DNA from: Bacteroidota bacterium
GTDB taxonomy: Bacteria > Bacteroidota > Bacteroidia > 2-12-FULL-35-15
DNA length: 64,000 bases
Assembly (NCBI GenBank): GCA_947479085.1
Contig: CANJYB010000017.1
Coordinates: 34,955-98,954, forward strand
Reading direction: 5' to 3'
This document shows positions 39,582 to 50,730 of the stretch, in pieces. Position numbers and translations under genes: made by a program. How positions within the stretch are numbered: position 1 is the stretch's first letter; each line of letters starts with the position of its first letter. Below the pieces are notes generated by a model. That model was given only the letters and a program-made list of their open reading frames with translations, was not told the DNA's origin and searched no databases.

Positions 39582-41696
39582 ATGAAAAAACAATTACTAT
39601 CCATTCTTATTATTAGCACCATTTCATTGCAAGCCTTTTCTCAATCTAAAATAATACTGCCTGCCAATGTGTATAGCAGGATGAAAGCGAAAGGGGAACT
39701 GAAACCGGATGTTCAATATTTACCTGTTGGTAACAGTAAAGCAGGTGCAGACAACAAAGTAACCAAAGAGCAATTGAAAAAGATGAACCCACCTCCCGGG
39801 GGAGGTATGCCGGTATGTAATTGCCTTGTGCCTGTTGATGGCAGTTTCAGTGTTGCTGATTTTAACGGGGCCACACCACCCGATTACAGAAGCGATGATG
39901 GCAGTACAGGAGCCAAAGCATTACCATTTAATTTCTGTTTGTATGGAACTACCTATAACCAGTTTTTTATTAATAACAATGGAAACATTACACTGGATGC
40001 CGGTTACGGAGGGTATTCCGCATCGGGATTTCCGGATGGAGGATTTGTAATGGTAGCACCTTTCTGGTCGGATGTGGATACGCGCAACCCCGGAAGCGGC
40101 ATAGTATATTATAAAATAACAGCTACCTATGCCATTGTGAAATGGGAAGGAGTGGCACGTTATGATTCTACTTCGAACTTATTAAACACTTTCCAGGTTA
40201 TCATTACTGATGGTACCGACCCGATATTACCTCAGGGAAACAACATCGCTTTTTGTTACGGAGATATGCAATGGACTACAGGGTTTGGAGGAACAAATGG
40301 ATTTGGAGGCAGTGGTGCAACAGTAGGAGTTAACAAAGGTGACGGAATAGCCTCCATACAGGTAGGTCGTTTTGACCAGCCGGGAATAGCTTACGATGGC
40401 AGCTTCGGAAATAATGATGGAGTAGACTTTCTGGACAGGCAATCTTTTTATTCGAACTTCTGTTCAGGCACCAATATGGCCCCTATAGCAAGCGGGTTGA
40501 GCAATTGTGATACTGTTAAAGTTTGTCACCTTGGAGATACACTCTATATAAAGGAATTATTTCTTGCTCCTGAAGCAGGTCAGAATACTACTGTTTCTGT
40601 CAACCTGAACGGAACACCTAATGCAACGGTGATCAGCAATGTTTCGGGCAATGCAGCTTCGGCTACTGTAAGAATCATAGCAACGGCTGCCAATGCGGGA
40701 GTTCATACCATTACCTTTGTGGGGACAGACAATGGAATACCTGTGGGCAGCACCGTTATTAACTCAAGCGTGTTTGTAGATACAACAGGCATAGCAAACT
40801 TAAATCCTCACATTACGGGTATTACTAATTTTTGCCAGGGCGATTCGTCTGTTTTATCAGTTACCCCTACCAATTACGACAGTTATATCTGGAGCACGGT
40901 TTCATCCAACCTTTCCACTACCGTTCATAGTTCAGGAACTTATTTTGTAACTGCCAGCTTAAATGGTTGTTCCAAATCGACTTCGGTATTGGTTCACGAA
41001 AAGCCGGCAGCAACACCTGTTATTTCAGGGTTTCCGTTTGTATGTTCCGGTAGCGGAAATGTAACTACTCTGTATGCTGACTCGGCCATTTATACTTCGT
41101 ACTTATGGTCGAATGCTAATACTTCGGATACTATATATACCGGAACAGGAACCTATACACTTACTGTTACCAATTCATACGGTTGCACGGGTACTAATAC
41201 GGTAGTAGTTACTCCTATTGCAGGAAATGTGTTAACCACTTTAAACGGGAATACCATTACCGCTAACTTTTCGGGAGGTACTTACCAATGGATTAATTGT
41301 AACGGGAATACACCTATTACTTTTGCCAATAACCAAAGCTATACCCCGACAGGTGGAGGAAGTTTTGCTGTGATAGTTACCAATGGTGTTTGTTCTGACA
41401 CTTCTGCCTGTGTTAATTTTGTTCCTGTAGGTATTAATGAATACGCTACTGCTAACGAAGTAACCATTGCTCCTAATCCGTTTACTTCTCAAACTACTAT
41501 TAATTTTGGAGAGGAACAGAAAAATGTTTCTGTTAAACTGTTTGATATTTTAGGAAAAGAAATATGGAACAAAACATTTGAAGAAAAACGCAAACAGATT
41601 ATTATTGACAGAGGTGAGTTGAGCAAAGGAATATATTTTATTCAACTGACGATGGAAAACAAAAAGGTAATAAACAGAAAGGTTATTATTCAATAG
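39582..41696 (+). CDS. T9SS C-terminal-sorting-domain secreted protein (Ig-like/beta-sandwich repeats)
   Basis: Signal peptide; 704 aa; C-terminus ...IAPNPFTSQTTINF...GIYFIQLTMENKKVINRKVIIQ is a T9SS CTD. Confidence 0.6.
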   Translation: MKKQLLSILIISTISLQAFSQSKIILPANVYSRMKAKGELKPDVQYLPVGNSKAGADNKVTKEQLKKMNPPPGGGMPVCNCLVPVDGSFSVADFNGATPPDYRSDDGSTGAKALPFNFCLYGTTYNQFFINNNGNITLDAGYGGYSASGFPDGGFVMVAPFWSDVDTRNPGSGIVYYKITATYAIVKWEGVARYDSTSNLLNTFQVIITDGTDPILPQGNNIAFCYGDMQWTTGFGGTNGFGGSGATVGVNKGDGIASIQVGRFDQPGIAYDGSFGNNDGVDFLDRQSFYSNFCSGTNMAPIASGLSNCDTVKVCHLGDTLYIKELFLAPEAGQNTTVSVNLNGTPNATVISNVSGNAASATVRIIATAANAGVHTITFVGTDNGIPVGSTVINSSVFVDTTGIANLNPHITGITNFCQGDSSVLSVTPTNYDSYIWSTVSSNLSTTVHSSGTYFVTASLNGCSKSTSVLVHEKPAATPVISGFPFVCSGSGNVTTLYADSAIYTSYLWSNANTSDTIYTGTGTYTLTVTNSYGCTGTNTVVVTPIAGNVLTTLNGNTITANFSGGTYQWINCNGNTPITFANNQSYTPTGGGSFAVIVTNGVCSDTSACVNFVPVGINEYATANEVTIAPNPFTSQTTINFGEEQKNVSVKLFDILGKEIWNKTFEEKRKQIIIDRGELSKGIYFIQLTMENKKVINRKVIIQ

Positions 41697-41905
41697 GCCT
41701 CACCCCCTTCCCCTCTCCAAAGGAGAGGGGTGAAGCTACAGGAAGCTTTAGGCATAAAAAAACCTTCAAGGTTTTGAAAACCTTGAAGGTTTATGATTTG
41801 CAGAAAGGTATTATTCAATAACACACCCCTAGCCCCTCTCAAGAGGGGAATGTTGACGCATAAAAAAACCTTCAAGGTTTTGAAAACCTTGAAGGTTTAT
41901 GATCT
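41697..41905. repeat. ~106-bp tandem duplication of gene 3' end plus two stacked hairpins (family 2 hairpin plus AACCTTCAAGG palindrome)
   Basis: ttattcaata + cccctctcc-aaa-ggagagggg + aaaaaaaccttcaaggtttt-ga-aaaccttgaaggtttatgat occurs at 41685-41797 and again at 41808-41903. Confidence 0.75.
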
Positions 41906-41937
41906 AACTTTTCAAAAAGAAATAAGAAAGAATGCTT

Positions 41938-44205
41938 TTAGGCTTTAATATTGGCTCTGATAATATTCAGAGCACCACCTGCTTTAAACCATTCTATCTG
42001 TTGTTCGTTATAAGTATGGTTTGCTTTTATTTCGTCACTGCTTCCATCTGCATGATGAAGAACTAACGTTAATGGTGTATTGGCTGCAAAAGAAGTCAGG
42101 CCGATAATATCGATTACATCATCTTCTTTGATTTTATCATAATCGGCTTTGTCAACAAAAGTAAGTGCCAACATGCCTTGCTTTTTCAGGTTGGTTTCGT
42201 GAATACGTGCAAACGATTTTACCAATACCGCCCGAACACCTAAATGTCTTGGCTCCATAGCTGCATGTTCGCGGGAAGAACCTTCACCGTAATTTTCATC
42301 TCCAACGACAATAGAACCTATAGAATGTGCCTTATAATCGCGCTGAACTTTTGGAACTGAATCATAATTTCCTGTTAACTGGTTTTTAACAGAGTCTGTT
42401 TTTTCGTTAAAGAAATTGACAGCACCAATCAGCATATTATTGGAAATGTTATCCAAATGTCCACGGTATTTTAACCATGGGCCAGCCATTGAAATATGGT
42501 CGGTGGTACATTTTCCTTTTGCTTTAATTAATAGTTTCAATCCTTTCAGATCAATACCTTCCCATGCACTGAACGGGTCGAGTAACTGCAACCTATCAGA
42601 AGTTGGAGAAACCACTACGCTTACCTGGCTTCCGTCAGCAGCTGGTGCCTGATAACCCGGGTCATCTACTGCAAATCCTTTGGTTGGTAATTCGTCTCCT
42701 GAAGGAGCATCAAACTTTACCTGTTCTCCTTTTTCGTTTGTAAGGTAATCTGTAAGGGGATTGAACGTTAAATCACCTGCAATAGCCATTGCTGTTACTA
42801 TTTCGGGCGATGCAACAAATGCATAGGTATTTGGATTTCCATCCGCACGTTTTGCAAAGTTTCTGTTAAAAGAATGAATGATGGTATTCTTTTCCTGTTT
42901 CTCAGCACCCATTCTGTCCCACATACCAATACAAGGTCCGCAGGCATTGGTAAATACCTTTGCTCCTATCTGGTCGAACACATCAAGGAATCCATCACGT
43001 TTGATGGTAAAGCGTATTTGCTCAGAACCCGGATTAATAAGGTATTCCGATTTTGCTTTTAACCCTTTTGAAGAAACCTGCTTAGCAAGACTTACTGCTC
43101 TTGAAATATCTTCGTAAGAAGAGTTGGTGCAAGAGCCTAACAATCCTACAGATATTTTAGTAGGCCATCCGTTTTTAATTGCTGCTGCTTTTAATTCAGA
43201 AATAGGAGTTGCCAAATCCGGAGTAAACGGACCATTAACATGGGGCTCCAAAGTATTCAAATCAATTTCAATTACCTGGTCAAAATATTCGTTAGGATTA
43301 GCGTACACCTCAGCGTCTGCTGTTAAATGTTGTTTTACCCCATTTGCCAGTTCGGCCACATCGGCACGCCCGGTAGCTTTTAAGTAACGTTCCATAGAGG
43401 CATCGTAACCAAAAGTAGAAGTAGTAGCACCGATTTCGGCACCCATATTACAAATGGTTCCTTTTCCTGTACAACTCATGGATGTAGCGCCTTCACCAAA
43501 ATATTCAACCACCGCACCCGTTCCTCCTTTTACAGTAAGAATGCCGGCTACCTTTAATATCACATCTTTTGGGGCTGTCCAGCCATTTAATTTCCCGGTT
43601 AATTTTACCCCGATTAATTTTGGCATTTTAAGTTCCCAGGCCAATCCTGCCATAACATCACATGCATCAGCTCCACCTACTCCAATTGCAATCATTCCTA
43701 AACCGCCAGCATTTACAGTATGCGAATCGGTTCCAATCATCATCCCTCCCGGAAATGCATAATTTTCTAAAACTACCTGGTGAATAATACCAGCTCCCGG
43801 TTTCCAGAAACCGATACCATACTTATTTGAAACAGAACCAAGGAAATCAAATACTTCCTTGCTTTCTTTATTTGCGAATGCTAAATCTTCGTTTGCCCCA
43901 TTTTTTGCTGTAATCAGGTGGTCGCAATGTACTGTAGAAGGTACGGCTACTTTCGGGCGGCCTGCCTGCATAAACTGTAACAAAGCCATCTGTGCTGTTG
44001 CATCCTGCATGGCTACTCTATCCGGGGTAAAATCCACATAGGATTTTCCTCTTCCGAAATTTTCCGGTCGTTGATCTTTATGCAAATGTGCATAAAGTAT
44101 TTTTTCTGTTAATGTTAACGGACGACCAACTAATTTGCGTGCCGCTTCAATCTTTGAAGGAAGATTTTTATAAACTTCCTTAATCATTTCAATGTCAAAT
44201 GCCAT
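41938..44205 (-). CDS. aconitate hydratase
   Basis: 755 aa; Fe-S ligand regions ([20 protein letters not shown]) and C-terminal swivel domain (SREHAA, SFARIH). Confidence 0.85.
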   Translation of the reverse strand: MAFDIEMIKEVYKNLPSKIEAARKLVGRPLTLTEKILYAHLHKDQRPENFGRGKSYVDFTPDRVAMQDATAQMALLQFMQAGRPKVAVPSTVHCDHLITAKNGANEDLAFANKESKEVFDFLGSVSNKYGIGFWKPGAGIIHQVVLENYAFPGGMMIGTDSHTVNAGGLGMIAIGVGGADACDVMAGLAWELKMPKLIGVKLTGKLNGWTAPKDVILKVAGILTVKGGTGAVVEYFGEGATSMSCTGKGTICNMGAEIGATTSTFGYDASMERYLKATGRADVAELANGVKQHLTADAEVYANPNEYFDQVIEIDLNTLEPHVNGPFTPDLATPISELKAAAIKNGWPTKISVGLLGSCTNSSYEDISRAVSLAKQVSSKGLKAKSEYLINPGSEQIRFTIKRDGFLDVFDQIGAKVFTNACGPCIGMWDRMGAEKQEKNTIIHSFNRNFAKRADGNPNTYAFVASPEIVTAMAIAGDLTFNPLTDYLTNEKGEQVKFDAPSGDELPTKGFAVDDPGYQAPAADGSQVSVVVSPTSDRLQLLDPFSAWEGIDLKGLKLLIKAKGKCTTDHISMAGPWLKYRGHLDNISNNMLIGAVNFFNEKTDSVKNQLTGNYDSVPKVQRDYKAHSIGSIVVGDENYGEGSSREHAAMEPRHLGVRAVLVKSFARIHETNLKKQGMLALTFVDKADYDKIKEDDVIDIIGLTSFAANTPLTLVLHHADGSSDEIKANHTYNEQQIEWFKAGGALNIIRANIKA

Positions 44206-44298
44206 TTTCTTTTTTAATGTTGTTTTGTTTTACTGTTATATTGATTTTAATTAGAACCACCCCTTTAGGGTTTGAAACCCCAGTATGGGTAAAGTTTA

Positions 44299-45264
44299 CT
44301 ATTTTTCTTCCGTTTGAGTAGAATCTGTTTTTTCGGTTTCCGAAGGATCTTCTACCTTATCCTGCTTTGCCCCTTTCGAAATTAAATATTCAATAATGGA
44401 AACGGCTCCTTTGTCTTCTGCTATTTTTAAAGGAGTATCGCCTGCTTCATTTTTTGCATTTATATCCAAACCATTTTTTAAAAGATAGTGAACCATGTCT
44501 AATTTAACACCTCTGCAAGCTGAATGCAGCAGTGTGTTTCCGCCATCATCAAGGTCTGTAAGTTTGCATCCTTTTGTTAAGAAGAATTCAACCATTGCCC
44601 TGTCCGGAGCCAATTCCTTATCTTTCGGTTTCAGGTCCGATGCAAATAAAATAGCCTTATGCATTGGAAATATCGGATCCGGTTTTGTAAAACTGGCTCC
44701 TTTATTAACAAGCAGTTTTACTATATCAGGTTGAGAATAGGTGATAGCCGTTTGAAGAGGAGAAGTAGCCAATATCTGTCCTTCGTTATTTGCCAGATCA
44801 GGATTTTTCTTGATTGCTGTTTCCACCATGGATAACATTCCCTGTTTCACATAGTCCAGAAACTTGCGGTCATCAAAAAAGGTAACCTCAATAATTTGTT
44901 TCATGGTATCCTTTACATTAATAACTGTTTTAAATGTAGAAGGCATAGTTTTATCACTGGAAACGGCTGTTATGGTATTATCACCGTATTGCAAAATAAC
45001 CACACTTGCGGTAAAAGCTTTAACATTTACTGTTTTCTTGGCACCATTAATAGTCACGATACAATCTAAATCTGCTGCAATTATGCCTCTTGCTTTGATA
45101 TTTTTAGTGTTTACAGGAGCCTTGTTTCCTGTTTTGGCTGTGGTGGTTGTCTTTGTAGTTGTTGTGGTTTTTTTGGGGGTTTGCGAAAAACCTTTGTTGG
45201 TGGTTAAAGCAACAAATAATAAGGTAATAAGAACAAGCGTTTTTGATGAGTATCTTTTTTCCAT
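44299..45264 (-). CDS. secreted ankyrin-repeat protein
   Basis: Signal peptide, Thr-rich linker, then >=4 ankyrin repeats (GNTLLHSACRGVKLDMVHYLLKNGLDINAKNEAGDTPL...). Confidence 0.65.
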   Translation of the reverse strand: MEKRYSSKTLVLITLLFVALTTNKGFSQTPKKTTTTTKTTTTAKTGNKAPVNTKNIKARGIIAADLDCIVTINGAKKTVNVKAFTASVVILQYGDNTITAVSSDKTMPSTFKTVINVKDTMKQIIEVTFFDDRKFLDYVKQGMLSMVETAIKKNPDLANNEGQILATSPLQTAITYSQPDIVKLLVNKGASFTKPDPIFPMHKAILFASDLKPKDKELAPDRAMVEFFLTKGCKLTDLDDGGNTLLHSACRGVKLDMVHYLLKNGLDINAKNEAGDTPLKIAEDKGAVSIIEYLISKGAKQDKVEDPSETEKTDSTQTEEK

Positions 45265-45420
45265 CTATGGATAGTTTTTTATCACGGTCTAAAAGTACAA
45301 TATTGTAGCCATTTGGCATACTAAAAACTCAAAAATATTTTTAATCATCAATTAGGTTCTCTTTGTTTTGTAAGTAAATCCGATTAGTTTTCTAATTTTG
45401 CACTCTTACAGAATACGCGG

Positions 45421-46662
45421 ATGGCATCATTTCTAAAAGAAAATATCAGAATATCATTACGGGCTATCCGTAGCCAGTTATTGCGTACCGTCCTTACGGC
45501 AGTTATCATTGCTTTCGGTATCATGGCATTGGTGGGGATATTAACTTCCATTGATGCCATCAAGTCTTCCATCAACAGTAATTTCACCAGCATGGGAGCT
45601 AATACATTTACCATCCGCAACCGGGAAATGAACATCCGTATTGGTCAGAACGGTAGAAAAGCCAAGCGTTTCAGAAGTATAACCTATGATGAAGCCATCA
45701 GATTTACCAAAGAATATTCTTTTCCCGCAAATCCTTCTGTGTCCACCAGGGCCTCAGGTGCGGGAGTAATGAAATACGAATCGAAAAAGACAAACCCTAA
45801 TATACAGGTATTTGGAGGAGACGAAAACTACATGGCTACTTCCGGTTACGAACTGGAAAAGGGCAGAAACTTTTCCGCACAGGAAGTTCAGTATGGAAAC
45901 CATGTGGTTATTCTTGGGCAGGATGTGATAAATGCATTATTTACTAAAAGAGAAGACCCTATTGATAAAATCATAACAATAGGTAGCGGTAAATATAAAG
46001 TAGTGGGTGTATTAAAGTCGAAAGGAAACAGTGCCGGATTTGGAGGAGATAAGGTAGGAATTTTACCTTTAAATAATGTGCGCCAGTATTTTGCAATGCC
46101 AAACATGACTTATACTATTAATGTATTGTTAAGCAATCAGCAATTAATGGACATGGCAGTGAATGAAGCTACAGGAGTATTTAGGATTATCAGGAATGTA
46201 AAACTGGGAGAGGACAATAATTTTGAAGTAACCAAAAGTGATAATCTTGCTAATTTACTAATTGATAATATTCAGAAAGTAACCGCAGGTGCCACACTTA
46301 TAGGTATTATTACACTTCTTGGAGCAGCTATTGGCTTAATGAACATCATGTTAGTTTCAGTAACCGAAAGAACACGGGAGATAGGAATAAGAAAGGCAAT
46401 AGGTGCCACCAAGAAAGTAATCAGAAGCCAGTTTTTGGTAGAAGCAATCGTGATTTGCCAACTAGGAGGATTATTGGGAATTATTTTCGGAATGGCTATC
46501 GGTAACCTGATTTCTTTTCAACTAGGTGTTGGGTTTATAGTTCCTTGGGTTTGGATAATTAGCGGAATTATACTTTGTATGTTTGTGGGTTTAATTTCCG
46601 GGTTATACCCTGCGGTGAAAGCTTCCCGATTAGACCCGATTGATGCGTTGAGGTTTGAGTAA
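45421..46662 (+). CDS. FtsX-like ABC transporter permease (MacB-type periplasmic domain)
   Basis: N-terminal TM, large periplasmic domain, three C-terminal TMs; 413 aa. Confidence 0.7.
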   Translation: MASFLKENIRISLRAIRSQLLRTVLTAVIIAFGIMALVGILTSIDAIKSSINSNFTSMGANTFTIRNREMNIRIGQNGRKAKRFRSITYDEAIRFTKEYSFPANPSVSTRASGAGVMKYESKKTNPNIQVFGGDENYMATSGYELEKGRNFSAQEVQYGNHVVILGQDVINALFTKREDPIDKIITIGSGKYKVVGVLKSKGNSAGFGGDKVGILPLNNVRQYFAMPNMTYTINVLLSNQQLMDMAVNEATGVFRIIRNVKLGEDNNFEVTKSDNLANLLIDNIQKVTAGATLIGIITLLGAAIGLMNIMLVSVTERTREIGIRKAIGATKKVIRSQFLVEAIVICQLGGLLGIIFGMAIGNLISFQLGVGFIVPWVWIISGIILCMFVGLISGLYPAVKASRLDPIDALRFE

Positions 46663-46736
46663 AAAGCGAATAGGGAATAGGCAACAGGGAAAAGTGAGGC
46701 GCAATTTAGTAATGTCTATTTACAATTGCCTATTCG

Positions 46737-47189
46737 CTATTGCCTATCTTTAGTGTCAATAATAATAGTAACCGGCCCATCATTTACCAAACTTACTTTC
46801 ATATCAGCACCAAACTCGCCTGTTTGAATAGGTTTTCCTAAATCAGTTTGTAATTGAACAATCATTTTTTCATATAAAGGGATGGCTGTTTCCGGTCGGG
46901 CTGCTTTAATATAAGAAGGACGGTTTCCCTTTTTGGTTGATGCATGCAAAGTAAATTGTGACACAAGAATAATGTCACCTCCATTTTCTTTTACAGAAAT
47001 ATTCATCACTCCAGATTGGTCATTAAATATTCGCAGGTTAATTATCTTTGAACTTAACCAGATAATGTCTTCTTCGGTATCAGCATCTTCAATGCCCAAT
47101 AAAACAAGAAGTCCGGAATTAATAGAGGATTTTATCTTTCCATCAATTGTAACGTTAGCTTGTGTAACTCTTTGTATAACCGCCCTCAT
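46737..47189 (-). CDS. dtd: D-aminoacyl-tRNA deacylase
   Basis: 150 aa; MRAVIQRV... start and SQFTL...G.RPS motif. Confidence 0.8.
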   Translation of the reverse strand: MRAVIQRVTQANVTIDGKIKSSINSGLLVLLGIEDADTEEDIIWLSSKIINLRIFNDQSGVMNISVKENGGDIILVSQFTLHASTKKGNRPSYIKAARPETAIPLYEKMIVQLQTDLGKPIQTGEFGADMKVSLVNDGPVTIIIDTKDRQ

Positions 47190-48116
47190 TTAATATTCAG
47201 TCTCTAATTCTTCTCCACTCATAATACCAAGATAGCTAGTGTACCTCGAAACAGCTATCTCTCCTTTTTCAACAGCTTCAATAATTGCGCACTTGGGTTC
47301 GTTAAGGTGCAAACAATTATTGAATTTACAATTGTTTCGTATTGCACGCATCTCCGGAAAATAATCAGAAATTTCTTCCTTTTCCATATCTACCAGCCCT
47401 AATTCCTTTATTCCCGGAGTATCTATAATAAATCCTCCATAACCCAAAGGGTGCATTTCTGCAAAAGTAGTAGTATGTTTCCCTTTGTTATGCGCATCCG
47501 ATATTTCACCGACACGCAAATCCAGGTTGGCATCCATTGCATTTATTAATGTGGATTTACCAACACCTGAATGCCCTGATATTAATGTTGTTTTATCTTT
47601 TGTTATTTCTTTCAGCACTTCAATATTTTTATTCTCCGTTGCAGAAACACGATAACATTTATATCCTATTCGCTCGTAAATGCCAATGAATTCGTTTACT
47701 GATTCCATCATCTTCTCTTCTTCAAACAAATCCATTTTATTAAATATAATACTTACAGGAATATGATAGGCTTCGGCTGTAAGCAGGAAACGGTCAATAA
47801 AACCGGTGGAAGTCCGAGGCATGGCAAGTGTAACTATCAGCAATGCCTGATCGAGGTTGGTGGCAAGTATATGAGACTGCTTTGAAAGATTAATGGATTT
47901 GCGAATGATGTAATTCTTTCTTTCTTCAATGGCATGAATCACTCCTCTGCCATCTTCTTCCATTTCAAACTCTACCTTATCACCAACAGCAATGGGGTTT
48001 GTAGACATTATTCCTTTCATGCGGAACACTCCTTTAATCCGACATTCTACAATTGTTTTGTTCTCGTTTAAAACAGTGTACCAGCTACCTGTTGATTTTA
48101 TTACTGTTCCTTTCAA
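47190..48116 (-). CDS. rsgA: ribosome small-subunit-dependent GTPase A
   Basis: Circularly permuted GTPase (NKMDL...; GHSGVGKSTLINAM) and C-terminal Zn knuckle CKFNNCLHLNEPKCAI. Confidence 0.8.
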   Translation of the reverse strand: MKGTVIKSTGSWYTVLNENKTIVECRIKGVFRMKGIMSTNPIAVGDKVEFEMEEDGRGVIHAIEERKNYIIRKSINLSKQSHILATNLDQALLIVTLAMPRTSTGFIDRFLLTAEAYHIPVSIIFNKMDLFEEEKMMESVNEFIGIYERIGYKCYRVSATENKNIEVLKEITKDKTTLISGHSGVGKSTLINAMDANLDLRVGEISDAHNKGKHTTTFAEMHPLGYGGFIIDTPGIKELGLVDMEKEEISDYFPEMRAIRNNCKFNNCLHLNEPKCAIIEAVEKGEIAVSRYTSYLGIMSGEELETEY

Positions 48117-48130
48117 GTTATTGTTTTTTT

Positions 48131-48219
48131 ATGTCACGCAAAGACGCAGAGTTCGCTAAGAAAAAATTACAAGTTTTTTCAATAAACGACTTTGCGTTCT
48201 TTGCATCTTTGCGTGTCAT
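48131..48219. promoter_or_regulatory. 21-bp inverted repeat pair in the divergent rsgA/rhodanese promoter region
   Basis: atgtcacgcaaagacgcagag ... ctttgcatctttgcgtgtcat (18/21 complementary) separated by ~47 bp. Confidence 0.4.
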
Positions 48220-48316
48220 TTTGCCTGTTAATGATTTTTATCAGCCTCAAATTTATTAAAAAGAATTAGCTTTGTATCGTAAAATGTAAATTCTAAAATC
48301 CAAATACAGCCTTTTT

Positions 48317-48715
48317 ATGAAAAAATTCCTTCTTATTCTTATCAGTATTGCTTCTATTACCGCTTATTCGCAAACAGCAAATACAACTGTTGTAACTAAT
48401 TTATCTGCTGAAGATTTTAAAAAACTTTCTTCGGCTGACAAAAATGGGGTGATTATAGACCTACGAACCAGTGATGAAATAACCAATAAAGGTTTTATAA
48501 AAGGTTCCATTCAACTCGACTGGTTAGCTAAAGACAATGAAACACAAGTGGAGAAACTGGATAAAAACAAAACCTATTATATCTATTGTGCTGCCGGTGG
48601 CAGAAGTGGCGACTGTGCTGAGTTTATGGAAAAACATAAATTCAAAAGGGTTTTTAATCTTGAAAAAGGATTTTCGGGCTGGGCAGCTAAAGGAATGCCG
48701 ATTGAAAAGAAATAA
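48317..48715 (+). CDS. rhodanese-domain sulfurtransferase
   Basis: Signal peptide; active-site loop YCAAGGRS with catalytic Cys. Confidence 0.6.
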   Translation: MKKFLLILISIASITAYSQTANTTVVTNLSAEDFKKLSSADKNGVIIDLRTSDEITNKGFIKGSIQLDWLAKDNETQVEKLDKNKTYYIYCAAGGRSGDCAEFMEKHKFKRVFNLEKGFSGWAAKGMPIEKK

Positions 48716-48742
48716 ATCAATCAGATACACATCCGGATAGCC

Positions 48743-48961
48743 TTATTTATTGATAAGTTCCAGAAATGTTTTTTTATAACTTTCTGAAATAGGTATATAC
48801 ACCTCTTTTATTCTTATCCTGTCTCTTTCTACAGAATCAATTTTATTTAACGAAACCATGAACGATTTGTGAACGCGACAAATGGCATGCGATGGAATTT
48901 CCTGTTCAAAGTCCTTAAATGTTTTAAGTGTCACGTTTCCAATTTTTCTGTTCCATAGGAA
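48743..48961 (-). pseudogene. LytTR DNA-binding domain remnant (C-terminal ~60 aa only)
   Basis: HAICRVHKSFMVSLNKIDSVERDRIRIKEVYIPISESYKKTF matches the second half of LytTR (FIRVHRSYIVN...). In-frame stop 9 codons upstream of the GTG start; the receiver domain and first half of LytTR are absent. Confidence 0.45.
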
Positions 48962-49018
48962 TTAGAGTAGAGCCAAAAAATTAAATGGTGTTGTGAGTAC
49001 TTTTATCGAAACGGATGA

Positions 49019-49228
49019 AGGGGTAACTGCATCCGGTAAGGCACCTTTCAACATTGAAAGGGGGGTAACTGAATCGAGGTAGGCACCTTTCAACATTGAA
49101 AGGAGGGTAACTCTATCCGGCTAGGCATCTTTCAACATTGAAAGGAGGGTAACTGCGTCCGGGTAGGCATCTTTCAACATTGAAAGGGGGTAACTCTATC
49201 CGGGTACGCCACCTTCAAGTTTGATTTT
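49019..49228. repeat. 42-bp tandem repeat, ~5 copies, each with TTTCAA-CA-TTGAAA inverted core
   Basis: ctttcaacattgaaagg cores at 49045, 49087, 49129 and 49171 (exact 42-bp phase), with variable 20-nt arms (gggtaactNNatccggNtaggcaN). Confidence 0.9.
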
Positions 49229-49435
49229 AAGCACTTTAGCTAATAAAAAGCCCGTGTGCCTATTTTAACGTTAACACATTAAAGTTATTTCTAAAATATT
49301 ATACAGACGAAATCAAAAAGAATAAGTGGTTCTATTCTAAATCTTTTTCTATTACACAGAAATCAGAGTAGAACCTATCAAAGAATTAATTACCTTTACG
49401 TTCCATTAAAAAAACTCTTCAGCCATTCATAGTTT

Positions 49436-49945
49436 ATGTTAAAAGTAAAAGTAAAAGTAAATAATAAGCAGGAACATACCATCGAATTTGAAAACTCATC
49501 CACCGGAAGCATTGATGGAAAAGCGTTTCAATGGGATGTAATAACGGTAAAGGATGGCAGCTTTCATATTATTAAAGACAATAAATCTTATTCCGTAGAA
49601 GTCATTAAGGCTGACGCGAAAGAGAAAAGCTTTTTGGTTTCAGTAAACGGAAACAAATACCAGTTGAATGTAAAAGATAAATTTGACGAGTTGTTACATA
49701 GTCTTGGGCTGGATGCAATGGCCTCGAAAAAAGTAAATGAAATAAAAGCTCCTATGCCGGGATTGGTTCTGGAAGTAAGAGTGGCCGAAGGAGATGCAGT
49801 AAAAAAAGGAGACCCGATATTAGTACTGGAAGCCATGAAAATGGAAAACATTATTAAATCGCCAACCGATGGAACAGTGAAAAAAATTAATGTAAAGAAA
49901 GGAGTAGCTGTGGAAAAGAACCAGGTGCTTATAAACTTTGTTTAA
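49436..49945 (+). CDS. biotin/lipoyl-carrier domain protein (biotin carboxyl carrier-like)
   Basis: C-terminal biotinyl domain with EAMKMEN motif. Confidence 0.7.
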   Translation: MLKVKVKVNNKQEHTIEFENSSTGSIDGKAFQWDVITVKDGSFHIIKDNKSYSVEVIKADAKEKSFLVSVNGNKYQLNVKDKFDELLHSLGLDAMASKKVNEIKAPMPGLVLEVRVAEGDAVKKGDPILVLEAMKMENIIKSPTDGTVKKINVKKGVAVEKNQVLINFV

Positions 49946-49965
49946 CGCAAATAAAAAATTACAAA

Positions 49966-50730
49966 ATGGAAAACGATAATTCACGCAGAGATTTTATTAA
50001 AAAATCGGCTGCATTGGCATTAGGAACTATAGTTGCAGGCACGGTTGCAAACAATGCATTGGCAGCAACTGATTTTATTGAAAAAGAAATGATAGTTCCT
50101 GAACCAGGAAAGTTTTCACTTCCTAAATTGCCTTATGAGTACGATGCCCTGGAACCACATATAGACAAGATGACCATGGAAATACATTATTCCAAACATC
50201 ACCAGGCGTATGTAGATAATCTGAATAAGGCTTTTGCCGCACTTGATGCTAAAACAGCAGGCACTCTTAATGATCTGGATGATATTTTTGCCAATGTAGA
50301 TAAATTACCACCTGCCATCAGGAACAATGCAGGTGGACATTATAACCATACCTTTTTCTGGAGAACAATGAAAACCCATGGTGGTGGTATACCTACCGGC
50401 AAACTGGCAGAAGCTATCAATGCTGAGTTTAATTCATTGGAAAACTTCAAGAAACTTTTTGCCGATGCCGCCATGAAACGATTTGGTTCAGGCTGGGCAT
50501 GGCTGGTAACCAATAAAGGAAAACTTTCAATAGGTTCCACCGCCAACCAGGATAACCCGTTAATGAAACTGGACAGTGTGGAAGTAAAAGGAAAACCTGT
50601 TATTGCGCTTGATGTATGGGAACATGCATATTACTTAAAAAACCAAAACCGCAGAGCCGATTACATTAATTCTTTCTGGAATGTGATAGATTGGGAAGGT
50701 GCGGGACAAATATTTGAAATGGCTAAATAA
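49966..50730 (+). CDS. Fe/Mn superoxide dismutase with twin-arginine (Tat) signal
   Basis: SRRDFIKKSAALALG Tat motif; SOD ligand motifs (HHQAY..., D.WEHAYY). Confidence 0.85.
   Translation: MENDNSRRDFIKKSAALALGTIVAGTVANNALAATDFIEKEMIVPEPGKFSLPKLPYEYDALEPHIDKMTMEIHYSKHHQAYVDNLNKAFAALDAKTAGTLNDLDDIFANVDKLPPAIRNNAGGHYNHTFFWRTMKTHGGGIPTGKLAEAINAEFNSLENFKKLFADAAMKRFGSGWAWLVTNKGKLSIGSTANQDNPLMKLDSVEVKGKPVIALDVWEHAYYLKNQNRRADYINSFWNVIDWEGAGQIFEMAK

Noticed and set aside
49019-49228. CRISPR array hypothesis for the 42-bp repeats with a palindromic core
   Set aside because: The segments between cores are variants of one another, not unique spacers; no cas genes; period fixed at 42 bp. Same reasoning excludes the 21-bp arrays.
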